A DNA stretch of 64,000 bases from Octopus vulgaris (Eukaryota), in contig OX597825.1 in NCBI GenBank assembly GCA_951406725.2, forward strand, positions 20,708,001-20,772,000, in the 5' to 3' direction. The notes beneath the pieces were generated by a model, which was not told where the DNA came from, did not search any database, and saw only the letters and a list, made by a program, of their open reading frames with translations. Shown piece by piece: positions 41,501-57,028 of the stretch. The first letter of the stretch is position 1, and each line of letters starts with the position of its first letter. The position numbers and the translations under genes were made by a program.

Positions 41501-41579
41501 TATATGTCATGTGTATATATACGCATATATCATGTAATGTTGTAAATGAATGTAATGTATACATACATACATACATACA

Positions 41580-41640
<61 letters not shown>

Positions 41641-43330
41641 ATATATATATATATATATATACATATATATATACGTCATGTGTATATATACGCATATATA
41701 ATGTAATGTTGTAAATGAATGCAATGTGTGTGTATATATATATATATAAAAAATGCAAAAATGGGACAAGAACACGAAACATCCAAACAGGTGATACAAA
41801 AAAAAGGGGACAACAAAACATCCAGACAGATGATACAAAGAAAACAAGGATGGGTCATTCCAAGTTTTCTTTCCTCAGTCGAGTTCCAGATTATCTTTGC
41901 AATTTTGGCTGGTTGTACTCGAGATTGCTCCAATCTGGCCAGCCCCAAGGAAAAACTAAGCTAAGAACATTAGATTCCTTGGAAGAAAGCAGCGAATGTA
42001 TACGAAAACAAGAACAGAAAAAACTCTTTCATTTTTTTCTCACTCCTCCTTAATTCTTCTATCCCTCTGCCTCTACCTCTCTCTCTTCTCTCCTCACATG
42101 ATTGGTTTTCGGTCAGGCCTGACCTTTCTTTCTTGGTTCGACTACCATCCGTGCAACATCTATATTCCTCCTTGTGCCTGTTAAATCTTATGTCCCTGCC
42201 ATAAGGCTTTACTTCTACACATGCCAGCTTAATTTAATTCATCCTAGTCGAAAAACACCTGTTGTTATGTCCTGTTAATTGCATTTGTATTTGTGTAACA
42301 TTTCTCTGGTTTTTTCTGTCCTTGTTTTCTTATACATTCGCTGTTTTCTTCCAAGGAATCTAATGCTCTTAGCTTAGTTTTTCTTTGGAGCTGGCCAGAT
42401 TGGAGCAATCTCGAGTATAACCAGCCAAAATTGCAAGGATAATCTGAAATTCAAGTAAGGAAAGGAAACTCAGAATGACCCGTCCTTGTTTTCGTTGTAT
42501 CGCCTGTCTGGATGTGTTGTTGTCCCAAATTTTTTTGTATCACCTGTTTGGATGTTTTGTGTTCTTGTCCCATTTTTGCATTTTTTATATATAAAATATA
42601 GCAACATATGTATTTTTGAAAACAAAAATATCTGAAATAAACTCGACTGCTCTCGCAAACAAGAATACTAAAAATGAACCCAACTGCTCTCAGAAATTAA
42701 GTAATAAAAAGCAGGAAAAATAATCCAGAATCCTTGTCTAGTACCGGATGAATCCCAAAATTTAATTAGTTCGTGCCAGTCATGAGGCCAAACATCCCTG
42801 AAAGTTTCATTCGAATCCATCCAGCAGTTCTTGAGATATCTTGTCCATGGACAAACAAACAAACGGTAATTAAAACAATACCTCTACCTTCGCTAAAGCG
42901 GAAGTGATAAAGGTGATGACAAGGAACAGTGTCAAAGATAACTAATACTCACCTTGAAGCTGAGCTGAAATACAATATCATTGGCAACAAGATCAACTTA
43001 CCTTCATGGATAATTTCTATAATATCTCCTTCGTCAAAAGCCAATTCATCTGTATTTTGTGGATCGTATCTATAGAGACAACGGCATTTTGGAAGGTCTG
43101 GTTTTGGAGGTGGCTTCATCTGAGGTTTCGGTTTTTGAGGACGAGAAGATGGTGGGGGGTTCCTAGGTCTTTGTGGCCTGCTATACAAAGAGAACAAATT
43201 GATTTTAACTCTTTAGCATTTAAAACTGGCCATATCTGGCCTAAATATCCTACCTGTCTAATGTTCAAACTAGCTAGATTTGGCCTCTCACACCTACCTG
43301 ACAATGTCATTCTAAAACTAAAAAATCATT

Positions 43331-43369
<39 letters not shown>

Positions 43370-46300
43370 TTTTAACGTCTGCTTTCCATGCTGGCATGGG
43401 TTGGACAATTTGACTGAGCACTGGCAAACCAGTAGGCTGCACCAGGCTCCAGTCTGATCTGGCAAGATTTCTACAGCTCGATGCCCTTCCTAATGCCAAC
43501 CACTCCTAGAGTGTAGTGGGTGCTTTTTACATGCCACTGGCTTGGGGGCCAGTCAGACAGCATTGGCATTGACCATGCTCGAATGGTGCATTTTACGTGC
43601 CACCAACACAGGAGCCAGTCAGGTGGCATTGACATTGGGCCATGCTTCAATGGTGTTTTTTTAATGTGCCACTCACATTGCCATCACCCTTGACAACGAT
43701 TTCACTTGACTCAACAGATGTTCTCAAGCACAGCATATTGCCCGACGATTGAAGGGTACTTTTAAACGGGGCCAGTAATGAAACACTGGCATTGGCCCCA
43801 GATACGATAATCACACCATCAAAATCCCAAAGCTATGAAATAATGCATGGATTAATTCAAAACAATGTGAATGCACAACCATTGCATTTAGCAGATTAAT
43901 CAGTATGTTAAAGGATTAAGACAAGTCCCTTGAGATTTGAGGAACTTCAATTCCTCAAGTTTCAATAAAGGAGACACTATTTACATTATTTACATTATTT
44001 ACATTTGACAGATATTTGTCCCCATCTTGTTTGTTGTTAACACAACGTTTCGGCTGATGTACTCTCCAGCTTTCATCAGGTGTCTTGGGGAAATTTTCGA
44101 ACCTGGGTTCTCATTCCTAAGATATTTTTCGAAAGAGTTTGACATTTCGAGCATAGCTCTTCATCAAAAACGGAAAAAAGCAAGAAGTCCAAAGAGAAAG
44201 AAGAAATCACCAACAGCACACAAATAGTTGCATATTTTTTTCACCGCTTCTACAGATTCCCATGATTCTCTGTTGCCATCCAATTCCATCATTAGGAATT
44301 CGAATTGGGAGCTTGAATCATGGTGTTAGTCTTTCATTAGCCGATTGCATAACCATGGGTGCCACCCCTATCGACACATTGCGGTGACTCTCTTAATAGA
44401 TCTTGAAGATCCAGACAATTGATCTTCTAAGATTCTTCCGCTCAGCCTCAAAATAAGAAGCGCCATCGGCTCAAGTGGGATCTTCTGCTGCCACTTCACA
44501 ACCCACCATGCTGCGGACCCATGACTTCATTATATCCCTGGCAAGGTGTCTGAGCAGGTGCTGTACCTTGCCAAAGGTCAACCTGTAACTTTGCAGAGCA
44601 CATTCTTCTCTCCATGAGGTATTTTCAAATTACCTGCATAGCCAAAGGTACGTACATGTATCATCATCAACCATGCCAATGCATGCACACATATGCACAT
44701 GTGCACACACATGTGCACACACATATGCACACACACACATATGTACATACATACACACACATGCATTCATATACACATATCTACCTACCTACATACATAC
44801 CTACATACATATGTACATACACACACATACACATACACACACACATAGATACACACATATGCACACACACATACATTCATCCACACACACACATACATAC
44901 ACACACATATACGTACATACACATACACACACATATACACACACATGCACATTTACACACACACACATACACACACACATTACACATTTACACACACACA
45001 TACACACACACATACATACACACATACATACACACATGCACATTTAGACACACATACACATACATATGCACACATGCATATATACACACATGCCCATTTA
45101 CACACTCACAGATACATACACACACATCCACACATACATACATACACGCGTATGCACATTTACACACACACACATACACACATACATACATACACGCATA
45201 TGCACATTTACACACACACACATACACACATACAGACATACACACATGCACATTTACACACTCACAAACACATACACACGCATACACACATACACATACA
45301 CACATACATACACACACATCCACACCTACATACACACACATACACACATACATACACACATGCACATTTACACACACACACACACTCACACATAACCGCC
45401 AGTTACAGAAAGATGATGAGTATAAGAGAAGTGATGAGGATGGCAAGTAAATTCTCAGGAATACGAGAAGAGAGCAGCAGATGAACAGAGATGGAGATGG
45501 AGAGAAGAGTAGTGAGTGATGAACACAAAGGGGAGGGTATATGTTCAATCATCAATCATGGTTATCAGTCAGAGTAGAAGGTGGAGGAAGTAATATGGTA
45601 CCTACTTTTGTATTTCCTCAGCTGTTGTTTTCTGTGAACCATTTGGAGCAGAATCCATGAAATTATTATTGATTAACTTTTTAGGTTTTAGCGGCTTTTG
45701 TACATCACTAATTCCAATCTTCTTGCTGCCGCCTGAAAGTCAAAGACAAAATAACAGTGTAAACATCACAGCAAGTTCTTGAGCAAGACACTTTATTTTC
45801 ACACTGTTCCAGTTCACTCATCTGTAGAAAAGAGTTACGACATCACTGTATCAAGCTTTTGCTTTTCCTTTAGATAACATCGGTGGCGTGGAGAGAGAAG
45901 ATTGGTATGCATGGGCAACTGCAGGTCTTCCACAAGCAACCTTGCCCAGAGACGTGCCTTGGAGGGGAACTGTCTAGGTGCAATCCCATGGTCATTCATG
46001 ACTAAAGGGGGCCTTTACCCCTAGAAAGGATAGAAAATGGCTAATAATTCCTTCAATCTTTGCTTTCGTTACATTATTCAAACCCCAAAGAATCCCTCTC
46101 AATACATGGCTATGATGCTTCCCCATGCTCCTGTTCATGATCAGAGATGCATATATTGTTAGCCACTAAGGGACATGCTCAAGTGGCTAAGGTCAAGCTA
46201 CTGACAAACATATCTATGGTATTGAGTAGAATATTTACTATAATGATATTTCTGCCTCAGCAACTCAGTGCTGAATCTGTCTGAAATGTAATGGAAAATA

Positions 46301-47022
46301 GGTCAGTTTCAAAAAATGGATGTCCAGGTCACAAAAGCAAAGATTGAAGGGAATAGAGGTCATTTCCTTTGACTTCTAGAGAGAAACGGATAGGAAATAA
46401 CACTTACTGACCAAAGACAAAAAAGTACAAAAAACTTTGTCACACAGTCATCATCATCATCATCATCATCATCGTCGTTGTTGTTTAATGTCTGCTTTCC
46501 ATGCAGGCATGGGTTGGATGGTTTGAATGAGGACTGATAAGCCAGAAGGTTGTACCAGGTTCCAATCTGATCTGGCAAAGTTTCTACAGCTCGATGACCT
46601 TCCTAATGCCAACCACTCCTAGAGTGTAGTGGGTGCTTTTTACGTGCCACCAACACAGGAACCAGTCAGGTGGCACAGGCATCAGTCATGACACAATGTG
46701 AATAAATAAGCATTACATTTGACAAAATAATTTGAATGCTAAAGAGTCAAATTAATTACAAGTCAGGAATTAATAGCAAGTTCGTTAGTTTACAGTGGAG
46801 GCACAAGTTAATTAGAGTATTTTGAAGGAAACGAACTTTAATCTTTTTGTTTTTCTATAAATTATTTTGACTAAACCTGGTTGTGTGGTAACATGTTTCC
46901 AGGTTCAGTCCCACTGCGTGGCACCTTGGGCAAGTTTCTTCTGCTATAGCCTTGGGCCAACCAAAGCCTTGTGAATGAATGAATGGATTTGGTAGACAGA
47001 AACTGAAAGTAATCCGTTGTAC

Positions 47023-47074
<52 letters not shown>

Positions 47075-48121
47075 TATGTGTGTGTGTCTTTGTGTCTGTG
47101 TTTGTCCCCCCACCACCAGTGTTGGTGCGTTTATGTCCTCATGACTTAGCGGTTCAGCAAAAGAGACCGATAGAATAAGTACTGGTCTTACAAAGAATAA
47201 GTCCTGAGGTCGAATTCTTCGGCTAAAAATCCCCTTTAAAGTTGTCCTCCAGCATGGCCACAATCAAATGAGTGAAACATGTAAAAGAATAAAAGAATAA
47301 GATATTATTGACACACTAACCTTTCATTGCATGAACTGGTGGTTTTGACGATGGAGGTGCGGGTTTATGCATTGGAGGTTTCGAAGATGGTGGAGGAGGT
47401 CTTCCACTGCTTTTCGGTATATGTTTGTTTCTTGGTTTATTTTTTGTTACCTCCATGTTAGGTCCTTGTTTGAGGAAATGAAAATACAGAAATTCAGATC
47501 AAAAATACATAAATTAATTAATTAATGATGATGATGATGATGATGACAATGATGAAGAAAACAATGATGAAGATGATGATGATGATGATGATAGTAACAG
47601 GGAGGAGAAAGAGAAAGAAAGAAGAGGAAGGAGGCGAGATTGGGGACGAGGAAGATGCGACGAGAGGAGGGGATGTGGGGGTGGGGAAGTGGGGGAGAGG
47701 GGGAGGAGAGAAAGAAAGAAAGAAAGAAAGAAGAAGAAGAAGAAGAAGAAAGATCCATTAATTTTTTTTAAATGCGTCCCTTCTCCATCTTATTTAATCT
47801 GTCGAGGTTGGCTTTGTCTTTCATCCCTTCAGGGGTCAATAGATCAAGCACCAGTTGCATACTGGGGTCGATCTAATTGACTGGCCCCCTTCCCCAAAAA
47901 TTCCGGGTCTTGGTGGTGGTGGTGGTGGTGGTGGTGGTGGTGGTGGTGGTGGTGGTGACAGTGACAGTTTTTATGATGATGATGATGATGATGGCAGTGG
48001 TAGTGGTGGTGGTGGTGGTGGTGGTGGTGATGGTGACAGTCCTTATGATGATGATGATGGTAGTGGTGGTGATGGTGCACTATGACAATGATGATGATAA
48101 TAATGATGATGATAATGGCAG

Positions 48122-48155
<34 letters not shown>

Positions 48156-48313
48156 AATGGTTGTCACTAGTGTTATCATCATCATCATCATCATAATTGT
48201 TTAATTGTTATCGTCATCATCATCATCATCATCATAATTGTTTAATTGTTATCGTCATCATCATCATCATCATCGCGCTAAAGTACAAAGAGATAATCAA
48301 GTATTGATGCATA

Positions 48314-48389
<76 letters not shown>

Positions 48390-49940
48390 TGACATGGATA
48401 ACAGCATGATAAATGTAAAACAGCAGAAATAGTTCAAAGTTAATTATTTTAGATCTTCATGTAAGATCAAACCTCTTGTATATGACATTGAAGACATCAT
48501 AGACCCACCCCACACCTTATCTCCACCCTCATCTTATCTGTTATTTGCTAAACACTTATCTTAAACATAACATTCATTCATTCATCCATTCATTCACCCA
48601 TTTATTCATTCACTCATTTATTCATTTATAAACTCACTCATTCCTTCCTTCATTCATTCATTAACTCACTCATTCTTTCATTCATTTATTTATTCACTCA
48701 TTTTTTCATTCATTTCTTCATTCACTCATTCCTTCGCTCATTCCTTCATTCATTTCTTCATTCACTCATTCCTTCACTCAATCCTTCATTTATTCCTTCA
48801 TTCACTCATTTTCATTCATTTCTTCATTCACTCATTCCTTCACTCAATCCTTCATTTATTTCTTCATTCACTCATTCTTTTCATTCATTTCTTCATTTAC
48901 TCATTCTTTCATTCATTTCTTCATTCACTCATTCTTTCATTCATTTATTTATTCACTCATTTTTTCATTCATTTCTTCATTCACTCATTCCTTCACTCAA
49001 TCCTTCATTTATTTCTTCATTCACTCATTTTTTCATTCATTTCTTCATTCACTCATTCCTTCACTCAATCCTTCATTTATTTCTTCATTCACTCATTCTT
49101 TTCATTCATTTCTTCATTCACTCATTCCTTCATTCATTTCTTCATTCTTTCATTCATTTCTTCATTCACTCATTCTTTCATTCATTTATTTATTCACTCA
49201 TTCTTTCATTCATTTCTTCATTCACTCATTCCTTCAGTCATTCCTTCATTCATTTCTTCATTTACTCATTCTTTCATTCATTTCTTCATTCACTCATTCC
49301 TTCACTCAATCCTTCATTTATTTCTTCATTCACTCATTCTTTTCATTCATTTCTTCATTCACTCATTCCTTCATTCATTTCTTCATTTACTCATTCTTTC
49401 ATTCATTTCTTCATTCACTCATTCTTTCATTCACTTATTTGTTTACTCATTCATTCATTCATTCACTCATTCCTTCATTCACTCATTCTTACCTTCATTT
49501 CTTCATTCACTCATTCTTTCACTCATTCCTTCATTCATTTCTTCATTCACTCATTCTTTCATTCATTTCTTCATTCACTCATTCCTTCACTCAATCCTTC
49601 ATTCATTTCTTCATTCACTCATTCCTTCACTCTTTCCTTCATTCACTCATTCTTTCATTCATTTATTTATTTACTCATTCATTCACTCATTCATTCTCTC
49701 ATTCCTTCATTCTCTCATTCCTTCATTCATTCCTTCATTCACTCATTCTTTCATTTATTCATTTATTCACTCACTCATTCCTTCATTCGCTCATTTATTC
49801 TTTTATATCATTTCCACTCACAGTGATTGGTTATTAGTTTCCAATGACCCAATCACTGCTTACTTCATTCTACAATGGTGAGAGGGAAGGAGGTAAGCTG
49901 TACAACCTGAGTAGGAAAAATACACACACACACATACACA

Positions 49941-49986
<46 letters not shown>

Positions 49987-51765
49987 CACATGCACACATA
50001 CACACACACACATGCACACACACACATGCACACGCACATGCACACACACACACATGCACACACATGCTCACATATACATACACACACACACCACACATGC
50101 ACATACATACACACATACACACAAGGGTTGTAGAGATGATGGATTCGAAATAGTGGTCAAAATTATTGGAAAGATGGTGGACAATTGTGGCCTTCTAACA
50201 AATCAGCTGCCGGACAATGAAGATTCAGTGTGTTTGATGTCCATTGAAAAGAAGACATTCAAGATATGGTGACCGGTGGATGATATTTGTCTGGTTTAAG
50301 GCGGTGAGCTGGCAGAAACGTTAGCACACCAGGCAAAATGCGTAGCCATATTATGTCTGCCGTTACGTTCTGAGTTCAAGTTCTGCCGAGGTCGACTTTG
50401 CTTTTCATCCTTTCGAGGTCGATAAATTAAGTACCGGTTACGTACTGGGGTCAATGTAATTGACTTAATCCGTTTGTCTGTCCTTGTTTGTCTCCTCTGT
50501 GTTTACCCCCTTGTGGGTAGAAAAGAAATAGGTATTTCGTCTGCCGTTACATTCTGAGTTCAAATTCCACCGAGGTCGACTTTGCTTTTCATCCTTTCAG
50601 GATCGATAAATAAAGTACCGGTTATGCACTGGGGTCGATGTAATTGACTTAATCTGTTTGTCTGTCCTTGTTTGTCCCCTCTGTGTTTAGCCCCTTGTGG
50701 GTAGTAAAGAAATAGATATTTGTCTGGTTTCACATTTCTGGACAGCTTCCAGTAGATTTATATTCTAGACAAGATGGGGGTCCCAGACTGGAGATGCAGA
50801 CAGTAAATGTGGAGGGGCCATAGCAATATATAGCTTTAAATAGATAGCTGGTGAGTGGCTGACAAGGAGGGTCTTACAGAGAGATACTAAGACACTTTTA
50901 AAAATTATAGAAATATCATTCATGATGCAGATCATTGTTGACTCCTAGGCGTAGGAGTGGCTGTGTGGTAAGTAGCTTGCTTACCGACCACATGGTTCTG
51001 GGTTCAGTCTCACTGCGTGGCACCTTGGGCAAGTGTCTTCTACTATAGCCTCAGGCCAACCAAAACCTTGTGAGTGGATTTGGTAGACGGAAACTGAAAG
51101 AAGCCCGTTGTATATATGTATATAAACATGTATGTATGTGTATATGTTTGTGTGTCTGTGTTTGTCTCCCCAACATCGCTTGACAACTGATGCTGGTGTG
51201 TTTACATACCTGTAACTTAGCAGTTCGGCAAAAGGGACTGATAGAATAAGTACTAGGCTTACAAAGAATAAGTCCTGGGGTCGATTTGCTCGACTAAAAA
51301 GGCGGTGCTCCAGCATGGCCACAGTCAAATGACTGAAACGAGTAAAAGAGTTATAATATCTATACCACATTCACCAGCAGATGTCTTATGTTTGGTATTG
51401 TGGAGGACAGAGCGAAATTCTGAGATTTTCCTCCCTAAATGTGTAGTGTTGTACTTGTCTGCAGCCTAGTTGGGTTGACATTCGGCAACCCATTTGCTGC
51501 ATTGTGACAAGGTCAGATTGCTAAGACAGTGTTGACCTTTACTCTTTTACTCTTTTACCTGTTTCAGTCATTTGACTGCGGCCATGCTGGAGCACCGCCT
51601 TTAATCGAGCAACTCGACCCCGGGACTTATTCTTTTGTAAGCCCAGTACTTATTCCATCGGTCTCTTTTGCTGATCCGCTAAGTAACAGGGACATAAACA
51701 CACCAGCATCGGTTGTCAAGCAATGCTAGGGGGACAAACACAGACACACGAACACACACACATAC

Positions 51766-51798
<33 letters not shown>

Positions 51799-53770
51799 CA
51801 TATATATATACGACAGGCTTCTTTCAGTTTCCGTCTACCAAATCCACTCACAAGGCTTTGGTCGGCCCGAGGCTATAGTGGAAGACACTTGCCCAAGATG
51901 CTACGCAGTGGGACTGAACCCGGAACCATGTGGTTCATAAACAAGCTACGTGCCACACAGCCACTCCTGCGCCTCCTTTGTTGATGGTTTTTAAAAGTGT
52001 GGTTTGTTTAATACAGGTCATTGTTGACAATAATGCATAGGCTATATATCCTCCTGTGGACATCGTAAGCCTGGTGTTATGAAGGAAAAAGGTAAATTCC
52101 AGGTTTTTCTTGCCAATATGTATAATGGTGCATTTTGTCTACAGCTGGCTTCAAGGAAAGGAGACTCATGATTGTTTGAATAATACTGAATGTGAGAGAA
52201 AGAAAAAGAGGTAGAGGGAAAGTGAGGGAGAGAGAGAGAGAGAGAGAGAACAGAGAATGAGTGAGGAAGAGAGAGAGAGATACACACAGAGAGAACAGAT
52301 AATGAGTGAGGGGAGAGAGAGACAGACAGACAGACAGACAGATAGACAGAACAGAGAATGAGAGAGGGAGAGAGAGAGACAGAGAGAGAGCAGAGAATGA
52401 GTGAAGGAGAGAGAGAGACAGAGAGAGAGAGCAGAGAATGAGTGAGGGAGAGAGAGAGAGAGACAGAGAGAGAGCAGATAATGAGTGAGGGAGAGACAGA
52501 CAGACAGACAGACAGAACAGAGAATGAGTGAGAGAGAGATGAGCAAAGATGATTTCTTACTGCTGTCACTTGGAAGTCCAGGTCCAATGGAAACATGAAG
52601 ACATTTCCCAACAATTTTCGTCTCTGTATTGTTTCCGACTCCTTGGTGGAACTCCACTTGTTTTTGACGACCTCCGCGCCAGCCGTCTTTCTTCACATTG
52701 TATTCAAGCCTGCAACACAGAATTAAATGACTTTAATGACTGATTGTTGTTGTTGTTGTTGTTGTAGCTATAAGCACCATTGCCCAAGATACCAATCGTC
52801 TGGAAGCCGTTCAGCGACGTGCAACCAAAAGAATACCCTCCATCAGGCATTTGCCATATTCTGAACGCCTTACTTCCCTCTGGCATGGACACATTGAAAC
52901 TCCGACGTCTGACAGCTGACTTGGCAGACACCCATAAAATTATCAACCATCTTACAAACAATAACTCTGAGCACCTTTTCAAACTCCACCCGTTTAACAC
53001 CCGTGGACCTATTTCTATTTCTTTACAAAGTCAGAAAACAGCACAGCTCCCATGACTTTAGGAAACATTTTTTCACGCTGAGAGTTGCTGAAGCATGGAA
53101 CAAACTGCTGGCATCAGTTGTTAGTTGTCGGAGCACTGCATCCTTCAAAACTTCCATGCTTCCTGAGATTCGCCAACACTACACCTGATTTTCACCCCAC
53201 CCCCTCCATACACACACAAGCATGTATCTGACTCATGCATTGTTCGCTTTCCAGACATTTGTACATTACTGCATATACTTTATATGCACTTTCGGACAAG
53301 TTGTGGTGCACCTGAGCACTGTATACAATAATCTCTTATTATAAAAGGCAGATTTTATCTGCCTCCCTTTGGGAGTTATACAAATCTACAATATAGGATT
53401 TCTTCAATTACAATTTGCCTACCATTTTTAAGAGTACAATGCATCGCGTCATGCCAGGTCCAGTTTTTAAAATTTAAACTCCAATTAAGCAAAATTTACA
53501 GAAAACTCACATTCTGGTGTGTGTGTCAAATGCTTTTCTTAGTCTGGTTTACACCACACGCAAACGCACACACACAGTGGGCAACGAATAAAATGAAAGT
53601 AAATAGCGACAGAGTGATTTGAGGAAGACTAAAGTGAAAGTATTCTGTCTATGACGCTGATAGATACATGAGTAAAATGTATGGGAAGCTAAGAGCTAAG
53701 AGTGAGTGAAAATGTTCTTGGAAGAGAGTAATTAGTAATAAAGTAAACATACATACATACATACATACAT

Positions 53771-53809
<39 letters not shown>

Positions 53810-54024
53810 CATACATACACACACACATACATACACACATACATACATACATATATATACATACATACATACATATACATACATACATACATACACACAC
53901 ACATACACACACACACAGTATTGAAGCTTGAGAACAATCAGATACATTTGCAACACATCTGTTGAAAATATTATTGTTCACACATATACATATACATATA
54001 TACATACAGACAGACAGACAGATA

Positions 54025-54058
<34 letters not shown>

Positions 54059-56993
54059 ATCTAGCATGGCCACAACCTCAAGGCTGAAACATATAAAAGA
54101 ATAACAGAATATAAATGTGTGCAAAGTACAAGAAATATTAATGCAGTATATGGGGATTGGACAATAAGCGTAAGGCAGTGTCAATGGTGGTTCCAGAAAT
54201 CCCGAGCCATAAACTACAGCCTAGAAGACGAGCCTCATCCTGAAAGATCTGTAGAACTCGACAAGGACATCCTGAAAACCCTGGTGGAACAAAATATCAT
54301 CGTAACTGTTGAGGAACTAGCAGAGAAGCTTCGATTTGGTCATTCAACCATTCATTGAGACCTGTGTGCTATCGGAAAAGTCAGCAAATTGGGTCAATGG
54401 GTTCCTCACGAACTTTCCGAGTCTAATTGCATGCAGAGAGTGAATGTATGCTTTTCTTTGCTGTCATATCTCACCACTACTGCGCTATGTATATCTATAT
54501 ATATAAAACTGTAGTTGTGTAAGTGTCTGTCCCCTTCGATTTAGATTCCTAACTACTCCCACATTTTGCGGTACAGTTTAACCAAATTCGGGTAGCTTAT
54601 AGTCGTGATTCATATCGAGCCCGTCTGAATATTAGCGCGCGTCTACGATGAGTCTACGATTTTAAAAATAATTTAACATCATTTTTTATTCCATTTTAAT
54701 GCATAATTTTTCGTGTGTCGATGGCGGCGGAGTTGGCGTCCACGCTCACACCTGCACCTGTGGGGAAGGGAGTGTAAGGAAATCAACGTCGTAATGCGTT
54801 GTCAAGGAGACCAATGTTCTTTTAGAACAACGACTTCATGGCTTGAAGACACCAAAACAGAAATGGCTAAGAAAGCGTCTACACGAGTCTACGATTTAAA
54901 AAAAAATTTACCATCGTTTTTTTTCCATTTTAATGCATTTTTTCGCTATTATATAAGGGAAGTAACTCTCTAAAAATGTCTACGATGAGTCAACGATTTA
55001 AAAAAAAATTTACCATCATATTTTTTCCATTTTTAATGCATTTTTTGCTATTTTTTGGCTATAACTCTCTAAAAATGCTTATATAGTTATTTCCCTTACA
55101 AACCCGAGCAACGCCGGGCGATACTGCTAGTTTCATTATAAATATTATGAGCGAACAGATGTAAGCTAGCAACATCAATAAACGGACCAAGGAGAGACTT
55201 GAGACTTACTAACCTCCACACAGACATAAGCATAACCATAGATAGACACACACACACACACACACATACACGCACGCACGCACTCATACGCGCGCACATG
55301 CATTCAAATAAATGAACGGCTAAATTTGTTAAAAACACTGGAAGATCAGAGCAACGTTACAAGCAATATTTATAGAGTAGTCTCCCTTAGATGGTTATAT
55401 TATATTTGCATAGTTATGGACCGTAGTTATGAGTTTCGATTTTGACAGAAGACCAGCAATTTTGATGTAGGGGAAGGGGGAAGTCGATTACATCGACCCT
55501 AGTGCTTGGCTGGTACTTATTCTATCGACCCCGAAAGGATAAAAGGCAAAGTCGACACCTCGGTGGAATTTGAACTCAGAACGTAAGCTCGGACGAAATA
55601 CCGCTAAGCAATACGTGCGGCGCGCTATCGATTCTGCCAGCTCGCTGCCTTAAATAATCCTTTCTACCATAGGCACAGGACCTGAAATTTTGAGGGAGGG
55701 GACTAGTATATTACATTGACCCCAGTACATGACTAGTACTTAATTTATCGACCCCGAAAGGACGAAAGGCAAAGTCGACCTCGGCGGAATTTAAACTCAG
55801 AATGTAACGGCAGACGAAATACCTATTTCTTTACTACCCACAAGGGGCTGAACACAGAAGGGACAAACAAGGACAAGCAAACAGATAAGTCGATTACATC
55901 GACCTCGGTGCATAACTGGTACTTAATTTATCGACCCTGAAAGGATGAAAGTCAAAGTCGACCTCGGCGAATTTGAACTCAGAACGTAGCGGCAGACAAA
56001 ATACCTATTTCTATTTCTTTACTACCCACAAGGGGCTAAACACAGAGAGGACAAACAAGGACAGACAAACGGATTAAGTCGATTATATCGACTACAGTGC
56101 GTAACTGGTACTTGTTTAATCGACCCTGAAAAGACAAAAGGCAAAGTCGACCTCGGCGGAATTTGAACTCAGAACGTTACGGCAGACGAAATACGACTAC
56201 GCATTTCGCCCGGCGTGCTAACGTTTCTGCCAGCTCGCCGCCTTAAACTGAATGAATATTGTATACTAACTTTGTGTTGAAAAGAACTGTAAGTTCTCTT
56301 TTCGTCTTTTCTTGAAACCGCTTCTTTAAAATGGAGATCAGCTCGGTCTTAAAAACAGATTCCAACAAATTTTCATACTGGTTCTGGACAAAAATCACAA
56401 ACATGTCATCTTGAAGCGGACTGAAAAAAAAAAACAAAATAAAAGTGAGTGTAAATTTAGATGATATAAAAAAAAAGGTATCCGTTTTTTACAGAATGAA
56501 ACAAGCCGCTAGCCCAGTCATAAGCAGCCTGCGGCCCATATAGCTTGGTTTCAAATTTTAGCACAAGGCCAGCAAGTTTAGGATAATGAGTAAGTTGATT
56601 ACATCAACCCCACTTCCTTTGCTCAGTTTGTACTTATTTTATCGACGCGAAATGATGAATAGCAAAGTCGAATGCGGCGGAATGCAGCCCATATAAATTG
56701 CAGTTTGTTTCCCTTCCACTGTAGACCAATAAATGCATGAGGACACTTCACTTAAAATGGTGATATTCTTAAGAAAGGCATGAACGTCACATAATCTATG
56801 ATTTTCTTGCTTTGCATCATAAATACCAGTGGGGTGGGGTAAATGGATAATGTTTAAAGAGTTAAACCCTAAGAAGAGCACACGATAGAGAAGAGGCGAT
56901 CACTATCTGACAGAGTTAATTAAATTAAGCATTTAATTACTTGGGAACGTTACCAGAATGGAAAAACTATAACATATTTAATACAGTGGACAT

Positions 56994-57028
<35 letters not shown>

